NCBI GenBank assembly: GCA_965245025.1
Contig: CBDEYN010000001.1
Location: 1-61,650, forward strand
DNA: 61,650 nucleotides
Source: an uncultured Candidatus Saccharibacteria bacterium
GTDB lineage: Bacteria > Patescibacteriota > Saccharimonadia > Saccharimonadales > Saccharimonadaceae
Direction of reading: 5' to 3'
In this document: positions 1 through 9,803 of the stretch, one piece after another
How positions within the stretch are numbered: the first letter of the stretch is position 1
Layout: every line of letters starts with the position of its first letter
The notes under the pieces: generated by a model
Database searches by the model: none
The model's input: the letters and a program-made list of their open reading frames with translations, nothing else
What the model was told of the DNA's origin: nothing
Translations under genes and position numbers: made by a program

Positions 1-152
1 TCTCCTGTTAGCTAAACCGAGACATCTCCCCACCTTGAAATCCTTCCCCACATTTGCTATAATAGATGTAATTAATATTTCTTGTAACCTGGACCTCACT
101 GAGGTTTTTGTGCAAAAATATTTTAATATTAACTTATCTACTTAAGGATTAA

Positions 153-2408
153 ATGAATAAACAAGAACAAGAGCGTCGTGCGAAGTTGATGCGGATGCAA
201 GCCGAGCGTTTGCCAGAAATCAAACGCCGTTTTGAGGAAAATCAGAACCGCAGTAACTTCGAGAATACCGAGGAAAAGCCAGTAGAAACTGGGGCCGCGG
301 TGATTTTTGAACAGGCGCAAAAACGTAATTTTAATAGCAATTTCAAACCTGGTGGCAAGGATTTTCGTGGTAAAAAATCGGACCGCGCAAACGGCGCAAA
401 CAATTCAAACAATTCCGATAACCAAAAATCTCGCAATAACCGCCAGAATAAAAACAACAAAAAGCGTGGCAATCAAGGTAACGCTGCCGAAAATAACGCC
501 GCAGCGAACGACAATGATTCTCGCAAAGTGAACCTTTCGGTTTCGACTCGTCGTGGCGAAATGGTGCATCACCAGAGAATGCTTTCACAAGATGTGAATG
601 CCCAGGCCACCCAGCACATCATTGGCGTGCCAGTAAATAAATCTCGTTTCAATGGCTACAACGGTGCCCAGGTGACGAACGCCCAACTCAAGGCAGCTCG
701 TCCAGATCCAGAAGCGGTGCGCGTGATTCCAATCGGTGGTGTTGGTGAATTCGGCATCGGTAAAAATATGACCGTGATTGAATACAAAAACGAAATGATC
801 GTGATCGACATGGGTGTACTCTTTGCTTCGGAAGATTATCCAGGCGTGAACTACATGATTCCAGATATTAAATACCTTGAGGATAATCTCAGCAAGGTGA
901 AAGCGATTCTCTTTACTCACGCTCACCTTGATCACATTGGCGCCTGTAAACATCTTTTGCCAAAATTTGGCCCGCTTACGCCAATTTATGCCACCGATTT
1001 TACCATTGGTATGATTAAGCGCCAAATGAGCGAAGTCGACGATTTACCAGAATTAAATTACAACGTGGTTGACCCATTCAAGCACGAGAAAATTCAAGTT
1101 TCCGAACATCTCAGCGTGGAATTTGTACACATGCTACACTCAATTCCAGGTAACTGTGGTCTAGTGATTCGTACCCCGAACGGCGTGATTTACCTCTCGG
1201 GTGACTGGCGCGCAGAAGCTAATCCAATCGATCGCCAATCCGACCTTGAACGTCTCGATGAGATTGTAAAACGCGAAGGTATTTCTTTAATGCTGAACGA
1301 ATCGACCAACATTGATTCCCCAGGTCACCATCCACATTCAGAATATGACGTCGGTGATAATATCGGCAAGGTGATGGACCACTACGCGAATGGCCGTGTG
1401 ATTATTTCCTGTTTCTCTTCTCAAATTAATCGTATCGGCATGATTTTGGAGCAAGCTTATCGACGTGGTCGCAAGGTAGCTTTTGCTGGTTTTTCAATGA
1501 TTAACAATATCGAAGTGGCGCTCCGTGCCAAGTGTATCAAGGTACCAAAAGATACCGTGATGAAGATGGAAGACATCATTAAACTTCCTGACGATAAGGT
1601 GACAATTGTCTGTACTGGTTCGCAAGGTGAATTGAATGCCGTGCTTAACCGTATGGTGACCGGCGCGCACAAATTCATCAAGATTAAGGCTAGCGATACC
1701 ATCGTCTTCTCTTCCAACCCAATTCCTGGTAACGAGCCGCACGTGGTAAATACCGTGGACGGGTTACTTCGTGAAGGTGCACAGGTAATTCAGAATGGTA
1801 AAACCCACCTCACCAATATTGGCCCACTTCACCTTTCAGGTCACGCTTACTATGAAGATCATGTCGATTTCGTGACACGTTTGCAACCTTTGAACTATTT
1901 GCCATACCACGGTGAATTCTTCATGATGGAACACAATGCCGAAATGGCAGAAAACGTTGTGGGAATTTCTCACGACCGTATCTTGGTAGCAGATGACGGC
2001 GATATCGTGGAACTTCTACCAAACAAGACGATCCGCAAGAATGGTCGTATCTCGGTCGGCAATAAGCTTTACGATGATGCCGATAAGCCGGTGCACGAAG
2101 CAGTGGTGAAGGATCGTATCCATATTTCTCGCGAAGGTATCTTTATGATCGTGCTAACTATCAGTAAGAAAACCGGCCGTCTGATTAAAACGCCAGATAT
2201 TGTGTCGCGTGCCTTTATTTATCTCGACAATTCCGAGGAATTAATCGGCAAGATTCGTCACTATCTCCGGGTAAAAACTGACAAGTCTATCTCTACCGAA
2301 CCAGAGGTGAAGGTCTTGAAGGAAGAGGTTAAAGAAGACATCACTCGCATCCTCTTCGATGCCACTGGTCACACCCCTATCGTGATTCCAGTAATCAATA
2401 AAGTTTAA
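153..2408 (+). CDS. rnj: Ribonuclease J (metallo-beta-lactamase/beta-CASP) with a long low-complexity N-terminal extension
   Basis: Motifs IPIGGVGEFGIGKNM, THAHLDHIG, HSIP, SGDW, GSQGE, HLSGHA and PYHGE. A TGCTATAAT box lies at 55-63. Confidence 0.95.
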   Translation: MNKQEQERRAKLMRMQAERLPEIKRRFEENQNRSNFENTEEKPVETGAAVIFEQAQKRNFNSNFKPGGKDFRGKKSDRANGANNSNNSDNQKSRNNRQNKNNKKRGNQGNAAENNAAANDNDSRKVNLSVSTRRGEMVHHQRMLSQDVNAQATQHIIGVPVNKSRFNGYNGAQVTNAQLKAARPDPEAVRVIPIGGVGEFGIGKNMTVIEYKNEMIVIDMGVLFASEDYPGVNYMIPDIKYLEDNLSKVKAILFTHAHLDHIGACKHLLPKFGPLTPIYATDFTIGMIKRQMSEVDDLPELNYNVVDPFKHEKIQVSEHLSVEFVHMLHSIPGNCGLVIRTPNGVIYLSGDWRAEANPIDRQSDLERLDEIVKREGISLMLNESTNIDSPGHHPHSEYDVGDNIGKVMDHYANGRVIISCFSSQINRIGMILEQAYRRGRKVAFAGFSMINNIEVALRAKCIKVPKDTVMKMEDIIKLPDDKVTIVCTGSQGELNAVLNRMVTGAHKFIKIKASDTIVFSSNPIPGNEPHVVNTVDGLLREGAQVIQNGKTHLTNIGPLHLSGHAYYEDHVDFVTRLQPLNYLPYHGEFFMMEHNAEMAENVVGISHDRILVADDGDIVELLPNKTIRKNGRISVGNKLYDDADKPVHEAVVKDRIHISREGIFMIVLTISKKTGRLIKTPDIVSRAFIYLDNSEELIGKIRHYLRVKTDKSISTEPEVKVLKEEVKEDITRILFDATGHTPIVIPVINKV

Positions 2409-2470
2409 GGAACGGCCTAGCGCAAGCTAGGCATTTTCCTGCCTTAGGTCTAAGGATTAGGGGTTTTCAG

Positions 2471-2501
2471 AAAAAATACCCAGCGTAATCTGGGTATTTT
2501 T
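2471..2501. terminator. Bidirectional intrinsic terminator
   Basis: AAAAAATACCCAG-cgtaat-CTGGGTATTTTT between convergent genes. Confidence 0.8.
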
Positions 2502-2522
2502 AACTACTAGCTTAGACTGATT

Positions 2523-3392
2523 TTATTCGGCGGAATTGTATTTGTCGTAATATTCCTGAGATTTGTCGTAATCTTCGGCGAGACCATAATATTTGGCAGC
2601 CAGTTCATAGTAAAGTTTCTTCAAATTCTTGGTCAGCGAATTTTCGTCCACCTGATCGAGATAAATTTTCGCCACATCTGGATTATTCGCGATGAGATAA
2701 AGATGGGCGCGATAGAGAGTAAAGAGTTTTTCCAGAGATTCATTACCACTACCAAGTTTTTCCTCCAAAGCATCGAGACGCTTCACTGCTTCATCTGGGT
2801 CCTGCAAGACGTTGTCCTTAAAATTTTCCCCTTCGATATTATTCGTATCGGAGAAAAGTAGGTAAGTGAAATTACCAAAATCTTCCCAAGAGGCGACATC
2901 AAGATTAAAATTATTCACGTATTCTTCAGGATTTGCCGTATAATCGTTCTTTTTCTTAATATAGACTTCATCCTTATCTGGGTCGATTAATCCGTCGTCG
3001 ACGGAAGCTTCAGTCTTCTTTGCCGTGGAGGAGCCGTCTTTTGACTGCTGAGCAGAATTAGATCCGGAAGCGCCACCCTCATGACTAGCTTTGGATTTCG
3101 CAATCGCCCAAATACCAAAACCAGCTGCCGCGATGATTAATACTGCGACGGAGACGATGACGGCAATGACCTTCTTATCTAATTTAACTTTAATTTTTCC
3201 GTCTGCCATATCGGAAGTCATCGCAAGCTCCTGCACCGACGGAGTGTAGGTATCTTCCGCTGTAGTTTTTTCTACTGGGGTAGCTTCTTCCACGGTGGTA
3301 GAATTTTCTGCTGGGGCAGAGTTTTCCATTGGGGCAGAATTTTCTACTGGATTTTCCTCTGATTGATAAGAATTTGCATTTTCTGGGTTCAT
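2523..3392 (-). CDS. Hypothetical single-pass membrane protein with an acidic N-terminus and a helical, TPR-like C-terminus
   Basis: TM segment VIAVIVSVAVLIIAAAGFGIWAIA and short ENSAP repeats. Start moved to ATG 3392, just after the tlyA stop, rather than 3431. Confidence 0.75.
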   Translation of the reverse strand: MNPENANSYQSEENPVENSAPMENSAPAENSTTVEEATPVEKTTAEDTYTPSVQELAMTSDMADGKIKVKLDKKVIAVIVSVAVLIIAAAGFGIWAIAKSKASHEGGASGSNSAQQSKDGSSTAKKTEASVDDGLIDPDKDEVYIKKKNDYTANPEEYVNNFNLDVASWEDFGNFTYLLFSDTNNIEGENFKDNVLQDPDEAVKRLDALEEKLGSGNESLEKLFTLYRAHLYLIANNPDVAKIYLDQVDENSLTKNLKKLYYELAAKYYGLAEDYDKSQEYYDKYNSAE

Positions 3393-3393
3393 A

Positions 3394-4026
3394 TTACTTA
3401 TGATTATAATGCGAACGCACAGAGTTTTCAACCAATTTCAAATAATAGAAGCGCTCGACATTGCCATTTTTGCCGGCCAGAAAATTATCACGCTTATCCA
3501 CGACCTTGAAATGATTTTGTTTGAGCCAAAGTTCAAAATCTTTAATAATTTCACGACGGATTTTTTCGTTCTTCACGATACCATTTTTAAGCTCATAAGC
3601 TTTAGCTTCAAACTGAGGCTTCAACATCATCAAAAAGTCTGCCGACCGAACTTCAGGCTGCGACTTAAGATGAGCAAGCACTTTTTTCAAAGAAACAAAA
3701 GACACGTCGGCCAGCACCACATCGATTGGACCGAACTTAGCAAAATCCACGAAAAAGATATCGGTCTTTTCTAGAAGGGTAATACGTGGATCAAAGCGTA
3801 GCGGTGCTTTCATCTGATTGGTTCCCTTTTCGACCGCAAAAACCCGCTTTGCACCACGGCGCAAAGCATACTCGGTGAAACCACCGGTACTCGAACCAAT
3901 ATCTATCACGGTTTTATCTCGGAAATCAAAAGAAAAAGCTTGCGATGCCCCAGCAAGCTTATTCTCCGCTCGAGAAACTACATCTGATGTAACTTCAGAT
4001 TTTTTAGATTCTATAGCTTTTTTCAT
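3394..4026 (-). CDS. tlyA: TlyA-family rRNA methyltransferase lacking the N-terminal S4 domain
   Basis: Motifs VSRAENKL, DIGSSTGGFT, DVSFVSL, LKPQFE and GKNGNVE. Confidence 0.88.
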   Translation of the reverse strand: MKKAIESKKSEVTSDVVSRAENKLAGASQAFSFDFRDKTVIDIGSSTGGFTEYALRRGAKRVFAVEKGTNQMKAPLRFDPRITLLEKTDIFFVDFAKFGPIDVVLADVSFVSLKKVLAHLKSQPEVRSADFLMMLKPQFEAKAYELKNGIVKNEKIRREIIKDFELWLKQNHFKVVDKRDNFLAGKNGNVERFYYLKLVENSVRSHYNHK

Positions 4027-4030
4027 CTAA

Positions 4031-4591
4031 TTATTTTTTACGTTCACGGTAAGCGTAAGTTTCAGTATCGACAGAAACCACATCACCTTCTTTAATAAAG
4101 GCAGGAACCTTGATCACCACGCCAGTTTCGAGGGTAGCATCCTTCATGACTGAAGTAGAAGTATCACCCTTCACGGCATTTTCAGTGTAGGTAACTTCAA
4201 GCCAAAGGTTCTTAGGGAGAGTGAGGTTGATGGCAGTTCCATTGTAGAACTGGATTTCCATTTCATCACCGTCCTTCATGAAATCTTTGGAATCGCCGAC
4301 CATCTCGGAAGACAATTCGTATTGCTCAAAAGTGGTTGGATCCATGAAATAGAATTTCTCTTCATCACGATAGAGATACTGCACCTTCTTGGTGGTAACT
4401 TCTGCTGGCTCGATTTTTTCCTGACCCTTAAAAGTCTTAGGAATAAGCGCACCAGTGATTAAGTTTTTGACACGTACGTTGACGATTGAGCCACCACGTC
4501 CCATAACTTTTTGAGAATATTCAATAACCTTGTATGGCTGACCATCAAGAGTAATTAGAGTATTTTTCTTTAAATCGGTTGGTCCGTACAT
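4031..4591 (-). CDS. efp: Elongation factor P
   Basis: Motifs QYLY, FMDPTTFEQ, KGDT and LETGVVIKVPAFI. Confidence 0.95.
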   Translation of the reverse strand: MYGPTDLKKNTLITLDGQPYKVIEYSQKVMGRGGSIVNVRVKNLITGALIPKTFKGQEKIEPAEVTTKKVQYLYRDEEKFYFMDPTTFEQYELSSEMVGDSKDFMKDGDEMEIQFYNGTAINLTLPKNLWLEVTYTENAVKGDTSTSVMKDATLETGVVIKVPAFIKEGDVVSVDTETYAYRERKK

Positions 4592-4602
4592 AATTCTCCT
4601 TT

Positions 4603-4800
4603 TTAGTTATTTGAAACGAATGGTAGGAGGGCTAGGTGACGGGCACGCTTAACAGCGACAGCTAATTGGCGTTGTTGCTTAGCAGATAAACCAGTCTTAG
4701 CGATTGGCTCGATACGACCGTAAACATCGATGTAGCGTTGCATGGTTTTGATATCTTTATAATCGAAATAAAGATTTGGATCGTTCTTGATTCTTCTCAT
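4603..4800 (-). CDS. rpsR: 30S ribosomal protein S18
   Basis: Motifs FDYKD, GRI and [19 protein letters not shown]; rpsF-ssb-rpsR synteny. Confidence 0.95.
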   Translation of the reverse strand: MRRIKNDPNLYFDYKDIKTMQRYIDVYGRIEPIAKTGLSAKQQRQLAVAVKRARHLALLPFVSNN

Positions 4801-4827
4801 TTTTTCTCTCTTTTCTCGCTTTAATTA

Positions 4828-5259
4828 TTAGAATGGTACTTCACTGAGGTCGATTTCGCCGTCTGGAATATCATCTGGAATAGAATCTGGCATAGCCTGG
4901 CTGTAACTACTGGTGGTAGATTCTTGTGATCTGCTACCGAGAAGATTAAAGTCTTCCATAACGATTTCCACCGCGGAACGCTTGGCACCGGTCTTATCTT
5001 CATAAGTACGTTGCGACAAGCGGCCTGAGACCATGATTGGTGTACCTTTTTTTGCATATTGAGCAATCACATTGCCTGGTTTGCCCCAAGCAGAAACTTC
5101 GATATAAGAAACTTGTTCTTTCTTTTCGCCGTTCATCACGTAATTGTAGTTCACCGCCACTGAGAAGCTAGTGACCTCTGAGCCAGAAGTCGTAGCTCTA
5201 GTCTCTGGGTCGCGAACCACATTACCGATAATGATTGCTTTACTAAATCCCCGCGCCAT
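4828..5259 (-). CDS. ssb: Single-stranded DNA-binding protein
   Basis: OB-fold motifs (IIIGNVVRDPE, SFSVAVN, VSGRL) and an acidic tail ending EVPF. Confidence 0.95.
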   Translation of the reverse strand: MARGFSKAIIIGNVVRDPETRATTSGSEVTSFSVAVNYNYVMNGEKKEQVSYIEVSAWGKPGNVIAQYAKKGTPIMVSGRLSQRTYEDKTGAKRSAVEIVMEDFNLLGSRSQESTTSSYSQAMPDSIPDDIPDGEIDLSEVPF

Positions 5260-5284
5260 AAATATACCTCACTTAATTGTTTAA

Positions 5285-5635
5285 TTATTCTTCGTCTTTA
5301 GACTCTTTTTTGTCAGCACGGGCCTTGCGCTTAGCTTCAAATTTAGCTTTGCGTTCATCGACGGTGACTAAGAGATAACGTAAGACTTCCTCGGTGATAT
5401 TAAGAGTAGAAGAAATCTTGGCTGGGGCCTGAGCTGGAAGTTCCAAATCGAAAGCGTAGTAGACTGCGTAGTCTTCTTTTTCGATAGGATAAGCCAAACG
5501 CTTCTTACCTTCATTGACTTCTTTGACGATTTTACCGTCGTGAGACTCAATGAGTTTCTTAATTTTGTCTAAGGCTGGTGTCAGATTCATCTCAAGATCA
5601 GGATGAATCAAGACAGTAAGTTCATACTGTTTCAC
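5285..5635 (-). CDS. rpsF: 30S ribosomal protein S6 (GTG start)
   Basis: Motifs YELTVLIHPDL, GKKRLAYPI and VLRYL; AAGGAG SD upstream. Confidence 0.95.
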   Translation of the reverse strand: MKQYELTVLIHPDLEMNLTPALDKIKKLIESHDGKIVKEVNEGKKRLAYPIEKEDYAVYYAFDLELPAQAPAKISSTLNITEEVLRYLLVTVDERKAKFEAKRKARADKKESKDEE

Positions 5636-5640
5636 TTTGC

Positions 5641-5684
5641 ACTCCTTTGGTTAAAGCAAGTACACCTTAAGTTACTTGCTGAGC
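5641..5684 (-). promoter_or_regulatory. Probable S6:S18 autoregulatory mRNA leader
   Basis: On the minus strand: GCTC-AGCAAGTA(loop)TACTTGCT-TTAACCAAAG-GAGT. This is a hairpin, a CCA-containing bulge and a stem pairing with the SD, matching the known rpsF leader architecture. TGCTATAAT lies upstream. Confidence 0.55.
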
Positions 5685-5814
5685 TAATAATGTATAGATT
5701 ATAGCATGAAAATAGAGAAAAATACAGAGTTTTCCACAATAAAAATCATTGTAATTTCTCGCGATGTCATATATAAACATAACTAGAAAGGTCTAATTGT
5801 AATTATTATTAATA

Positions 5815-6148
5815 CAGGAGAGAAAAAGTTATCATGAATGATACTAATTTCGAAAATAATGCGGAGATAAAATCCGTACATAGTGAAGCAAAGGCGCAGG
5901 GTCATGGCGGATTGAAAGCTATGGCCATATTTTTTGCTATTACTACTTTAGCTTTAGGTAGTGCTTTAGCTTATGTCTATACTTCGAAGAATAAGGATAC
6001 TAAAAAACTAAACGAAGAGCTTGTAGAATCGAAAGAAAAAGTGAAGTCTGCGAATGAATCGATCGCCAAGTACGAAGAAGCGACACAGACCAAAATCACT
6101 GACGTGAAACAGGACAATGTCACGGTGAAAGAGATTGTGAAGCCGATG
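5815..6148 (+). repeat. Direct repeat copy A (RBS plus 105-codon constant region)
   Basis: Near-identical to 9068-9401. The AYVYTSK...EIVKPM block is also present in copy 3, ending at 10118. Confidence 0.9.
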
Positions 6149-6595
6149 AAAATTGACGCTCAGATGGAACAACTCACGAAGGCCCTTTACGATAAATCCC
6201 ACAAGAATGATACGTTCGACGATGACCAAGGTCACAAGATTATTGAAAGCTGGGAAACACCTGTATTTGACATGCTTTTTACCACAAGTGATGGAAAATT
6301 TATGATTGCTAGAATTCGACCTCTTGGGATTGGAGTTTACATAGACCAGCACGGGAATAGAGTTAATACACTGCCATTTCAAGGTGGATATGCCGCGTAT
6401 TGGTATCGTTCTTTGCCAGACGGCCAATGGAAGCTGGGTGAAGAGGGACATGCACCACACTCATGCAATGAAGAAATCGCCAACGATTACAAGGAAGCTA
6501 TTCGCAGCGTAAATAATGATAGAAGAAAAAATGGCGAACAATTATTCGGCGCTTGTTTCGATGAAAATAAGCATGAATACGTTTACCCATATTAA
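5834..6595 (+). CDS. Membrane-anchored protein, constant-stalk/variable-head family, copy 1
   Basis: N-terminal TM plus coiled-coil, shared with 9087 and 9804 up to EIVKPM; AGGAG SD. Confidence 0.85.
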   Translation: MNDTNFENNAEIKSVHSEAKAQGHGGLKAMAIFFAITTLALGSALAYVYTSKNKDTKKLNEELVESKEKVKSANESIAKYEEATQTKITDVKQDNVTVKEIVKPMKIDAQMEQLTKALYDKSHKNDTFDDDQGHKIIESWETPVFDMLFTTSDGKFMIARIRPLGIGVYIDQHGNRVNTLPFQGGYAAYWYRSLPDGQWKLGEEGHAPHSCNEEIANDYKEAIRSVNNDRRKNGEQLFGACFDENKHEYVYPY

Positions 6596-6619
6596 TTCAC
6601 TATAATTAATGCAAAAAAC

Positions 6620-6647
6620 GAGCGTCAAAATTTGGCGCTCTTTTTTT
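6620..6647 (+). terminator. Intrinsic terminator
   Basis: GAGCGTCAAA-a-TTTGGCGCTC followed by T7. Confidence 0.7.
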
Positions 6648-6693
6648 AATTTTTAACTAATTTTCTTCCCTATAATTATGCTATAATATGTTT

Positions 6694-8940
6694 ATGGCTA
6701 AACAAACACGAGGAAGACGTCGAACGTCTAGAGGTAGAGCAAAAGACCCCGCTCCAACCCATCAACTACCAGGGGGATTTTGGCGCCAAGTAATGGCCCT
6801 GTTAATGATTGTGATTTCGGTCGTTTTAATCATGACCTGGTTCGGCAGTGGTGGCAATCTGCTGAATGATTTTCATAGTGGTTCACTCTACGTGGTCGGT
6901 TATGCGACCTACGCGATTCCAGTGATCTTAGTTTATCTGGCGGTGAAAATTTTTCTCACCGAAGACAATCGTCTGCCGACCGTGATTTGGGTCACTTCTT
7001 TCCTGATGATTCTTTGGCTGGCCGGGATTTTCGACCTACCTTCTTATGGAACGAAAAATTTGACTGGTGGCGTAATAGGCGACGCACTCAATCATCTGGT
7101 CACACAACTGCTTGATCCGTCAGTGGCGGCCTTTATCTATATCGTGTTGATTTTCATTACGGGAATTTTCATTCTTCAGCTTTCGCCACTGACTGTATTT
7201 AAGGATTTTGCGAATCTTTTCCGCACTGGGCGCAAGGCGGAAGATTCCGAAAATGCTAGAGTAGCTCGAAAGGCAGAACGTGAAGTCGCGCCACTTGATG
7301 CGCCAATTCGTATTAAGGCTAACGGTGTTGAAATGTCGGCTGCAGAATTAAAAACACCGAAACTTGAAGTAAAGAAAGCCAGTATGGAAAAACCAGCCGA
7401 GCCAGAGCCAGAACGCGCTTTGACTGCAGCCTCTGATCCAGATTGGAAGATGCCAAGCGTGGAATTTCTTTCTAAGAAACATATTCCACCAGATGGCGGT
7501 AATATTCAACAAAATGCTGTAATTATTAAATCAACCTTCGTAGATTTCGGTATTGACGTAGAAGTCGAAGGCGCAAACATCGGTCCTTCGGTGACTCAAT
7601 ATACGATTCGTCCACCTGCTGGGGTAATCCTCTCGAAGATTGCGGCACGCGATAAAGAGTTGGCACTGAACCTCGCTACCGAGAGTGTGCGTATTGAGGC
7701 ACCGATTCCAGGTACGCGACTAGTCGGTGTAGAAATTCCAAACGTACGTAAAGAAAGCGTGAGTTTGAGAAGTCTTCTTGAGAGTGACCGCTGGAAGAAA
7801 GAACAGGCTGCACTTTGTTTTGCCGTGGGTAAGGATATTTCTGGTAACACAATTATTGCGAACCTGGCGAAAATGCCTCACCTTCTGATCGCTGGTACTA
7901 CCGGTTCTGGTAAGTCGGTGATGACGAATATTTTGATTTCTTCCCTACTTTACCGCAACGCACCGAGTGACATGAAATTAATTATAGTAGACCCGAAGCA
8001 AGTGGAAATGGCGCAATATAATGACATTCCTCATCTTTTGACGCCAATTATTACGGCGACGGACAAGGCGCTTTCAGCGATGAAATGGGCAGTGAACGAA
8101 ATGGAGCGTCGCTACGCTTGTCTGGCCGAAGAACGCGTGAAGAAGATTGAAGATTACAACGAGAAAATGAAGGCCCGCGCGGAAGAAGCGAAGAAAAATG
8201 GCGAGGAATCGGAAGATGCCACACAGAATAATAAGATGCCTTATATCGTGATTATTATCGATGAGATGGCGGACTTGATGATGCAGGCGGGCAAGGATCT
8301 CGAACAGTTGATTGTGCGTATCGCCCAGAAAGGTCGTGCCTCCGGTATTCACTTGGTGCTCGCCACCCAGCGTCCGGAAGTAAAGGTGGTGACCGGTTTG
8401 ATTAAGGCGAACATTCCGGGCCGTATCGCCTTCAAGGTGTTAAACGGTATTGACTCACGTATGATGCTCGAATCGGGTGGTGCAGAAAAATTACTCGGTA
8501 ACGGTGATATGCTAATGCTAACTACCGAAATGATGGGTAAGCCACGTCGTATTCAGGGTGCCTTCGCTTCAGATGATGAGATTAATAAGTTAACTAATTT
8601 CCTGCGTGAACAGAGGCAACCAGAATATAATAATGAAGTGATTTCCCAGGCGGTGCAGATTAAGGGCCTCGGACCTTCAGACGGCGGCTCTTTCGGAGAA
8701 CTCGGACGCAAATATGATCCATCCGATCCAGTAGTACGTAAAGCGATTGAGATTACTTTATCCAAGGGTAAATTCTCGACGGCGATGCTGCAAACCTACC
8801 TCGGTAAGGGTCACGGCTTTGTCTCGGGCCTCGCGATTTGGTTGGAAGAAATCGGGGTGATTGGTCCAGCTAACGGCAATAAGCCACGTGACGTAATGAT
8901 TAAATCTCTAGAAGAATTCGATCAATTAGCCAATAGCTAA
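6694..8940 (+). CDS. ftsK: DNA translocase FtsK/SpoIIIE
   Basis: 4-TM N-terminus, RIEAPIPG, PHLLIAGTTGSGKS (Walker A), IIDEMADLM, LATQRP and GAEKLLGNGDML. ATG 6694 lies 6 nt after TGCTATAAT; the ORF track starts at 6688. Confidence 0.95.
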   Translation: MAKQTRGRRRTSRGRAKDPAPTHQLPGGFWRQVMALLMIVISVVLIMTWFGSGGNLLNDFHSGSLYVVGYATYAIPVILVYLAVKIFLTEDNRLPTVIWVTSFLMILWLAGIFDLPSYGTKNLTGGVIGDALNHLVTQLLDPSVAAFIYIVLIFITGIFILQLSPLTVFKDFANLFRTGRKAEDSENARVARKAEREVAPLDAPIRIKANGVEMSAAELKTPKLEVKKASMEKPAEPEPERALTAASDPDWKMPSVEFLSKKHIPPDGGNIQQNAVIIKSTFVDFGIDVEVEGANIGPSVTQYTIRPPAGVILSKIAARDKELALNLATESVRIEAPIPGTRLVGVEIPNVRKESVSLRSLLESDRWKKEQAALCFAVGKDISGNTIIANLAKMPHLLIAGTTGSGKSVMTNILISSLLYRNAPSDMKLIIVDPKQVEMAQYNDIPHLLTPIITATDKALSAMKWAVNEMERRYACLAEERVKKIEDYNEKMKARAEEAKKNGEESEDATQNNKMPYIVIIIDEMADLMMQAGKDLEQLIVRIAQKGRASGIHLVLATQRPEVKVVTGLIKANIPGRIAFKVLNGIDSRMMLESGGAEKLLGNGDMLMLTTEMMGKPRRIQGAFASDDEINKLTNFLREQRQPEYNNEVISQAVQIKGLGPSDGGSFGELGRKYDPSDPVVRKAIEITLSKGKFSTAMLQTYLGKGHGFVSGLAIWLEEIGVIGPANGNKPRDVMIKSLEEFDQLANS

Positions 8941-8946
8941 AATTAC

Positions 8947-8978
8947 AACAGGATTATGCTGAAATAATCCTGTTTTTT
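8947..8978 (+). terminator. Intrinsic terminator after ftsK
   Basis: AACAGGATTAT-gctgaa-ATAATCCTGTT followed by a T tract. Confidence 0.8.
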
Positions 8979-9067
8979 ATTGCTTTTTTCTGCATTCTCA
9001 TATATAAACATAATTAGAAAGGATTATATTTTTTATAATTTTTATTTCACTATTATTAATAAATTTT

Positions 9068-9401
9068 TAGGAGAGAAAAAGTTATCATGAATGATACTAA
9101 TTTCGAGAATAATGCGGAGATAAATTCCGTACATAGTGAAGCAAAGGCGCAGGGTCATGGCGGATTGAAGGCTATGGCCATATTTTTTGCTATTACTACT
9201 TTAGCTTTAGGATGTGGACTAGCCTATGTCTATACTTCGAAGAATAAAGACAACAAGAAGCTGAATGAAGAACTCGTAGAGTCGAAAGAGAAAGTAAAAT
9301 CTGCGAATGAATCGATCGCAAAGTATGAAGAAGCTACGCAGACTAAAATCACTGACGTAAAGCAGGATAATGTCACGGTGAAAGAGATTGTGAAGCCGAT
9401 G
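9068..9401 (+). repeat. Direct repeat copy B (RBS plus 105-codon constant region)
   Basis: Matches 5815-6148, with mostly synonymous differences. Confidence 0.9.
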
Positions 9402-9776
9402 GCAGTAGACCTCAAGTTTGATAATTTTCTAGATGCATATAAAGCTAAACGCGGAACTGTTCCAATTATTAAATCTGGAAATTTCTGGACAAGCAATAGC
9501 GGGAAGTACATTTTTGCTGCAATACAGGCAACCGGTATTTATACCGAAAAAGACGAACATGGTCAGGATATCGAAAAAGTATCAATGGGCGGAGCATATG
9601 AAGCCTGGTACCAAGATATTTCCACTGGGATTTGGAATTATGGCTTTGGTGGACATGCACCTGAAGAATGTAGTATGATGCCACAAAAAATCAGGGAAGT
9701 CTTCCATGGTGAAAAAGATCAGTCTAAAGCGAATGGTTTTGTCTGTCGCGAAGGTGATAAGTTCGTAGATTTATAA
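9087..9776 (+). CDS. Membrane-anchored protein, constant-stalk/variable-head family, copy 2
   Basis: First 105 aa nearly identical to copy 1; the C-terminal head is divergent. Confidence 0.85.
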   Translation: MNDTNFENNAEINSVHSEAKAQGHGGLKAMAIFFAITTLALGCGLAYVYTSKNKDNKKLNEELVESKEKVKSANESIAKYEEATQTKITDVKQDNVTVKEIVKPMAVDLKFDNFLDAYKAKRGTVPIIKSGNFWTSNSGKYIFAAIQATGIYTEKDEHGQDIEKVSMGGAYEAWYQDISTGIWNYGFGGHAPEECSMMPQKIREVFHGEKDQSKANGFVCREGDKFVDL

Positions 9777-9803
9777 AACATAAAAAACAATACAGGATAC
9801 ATT

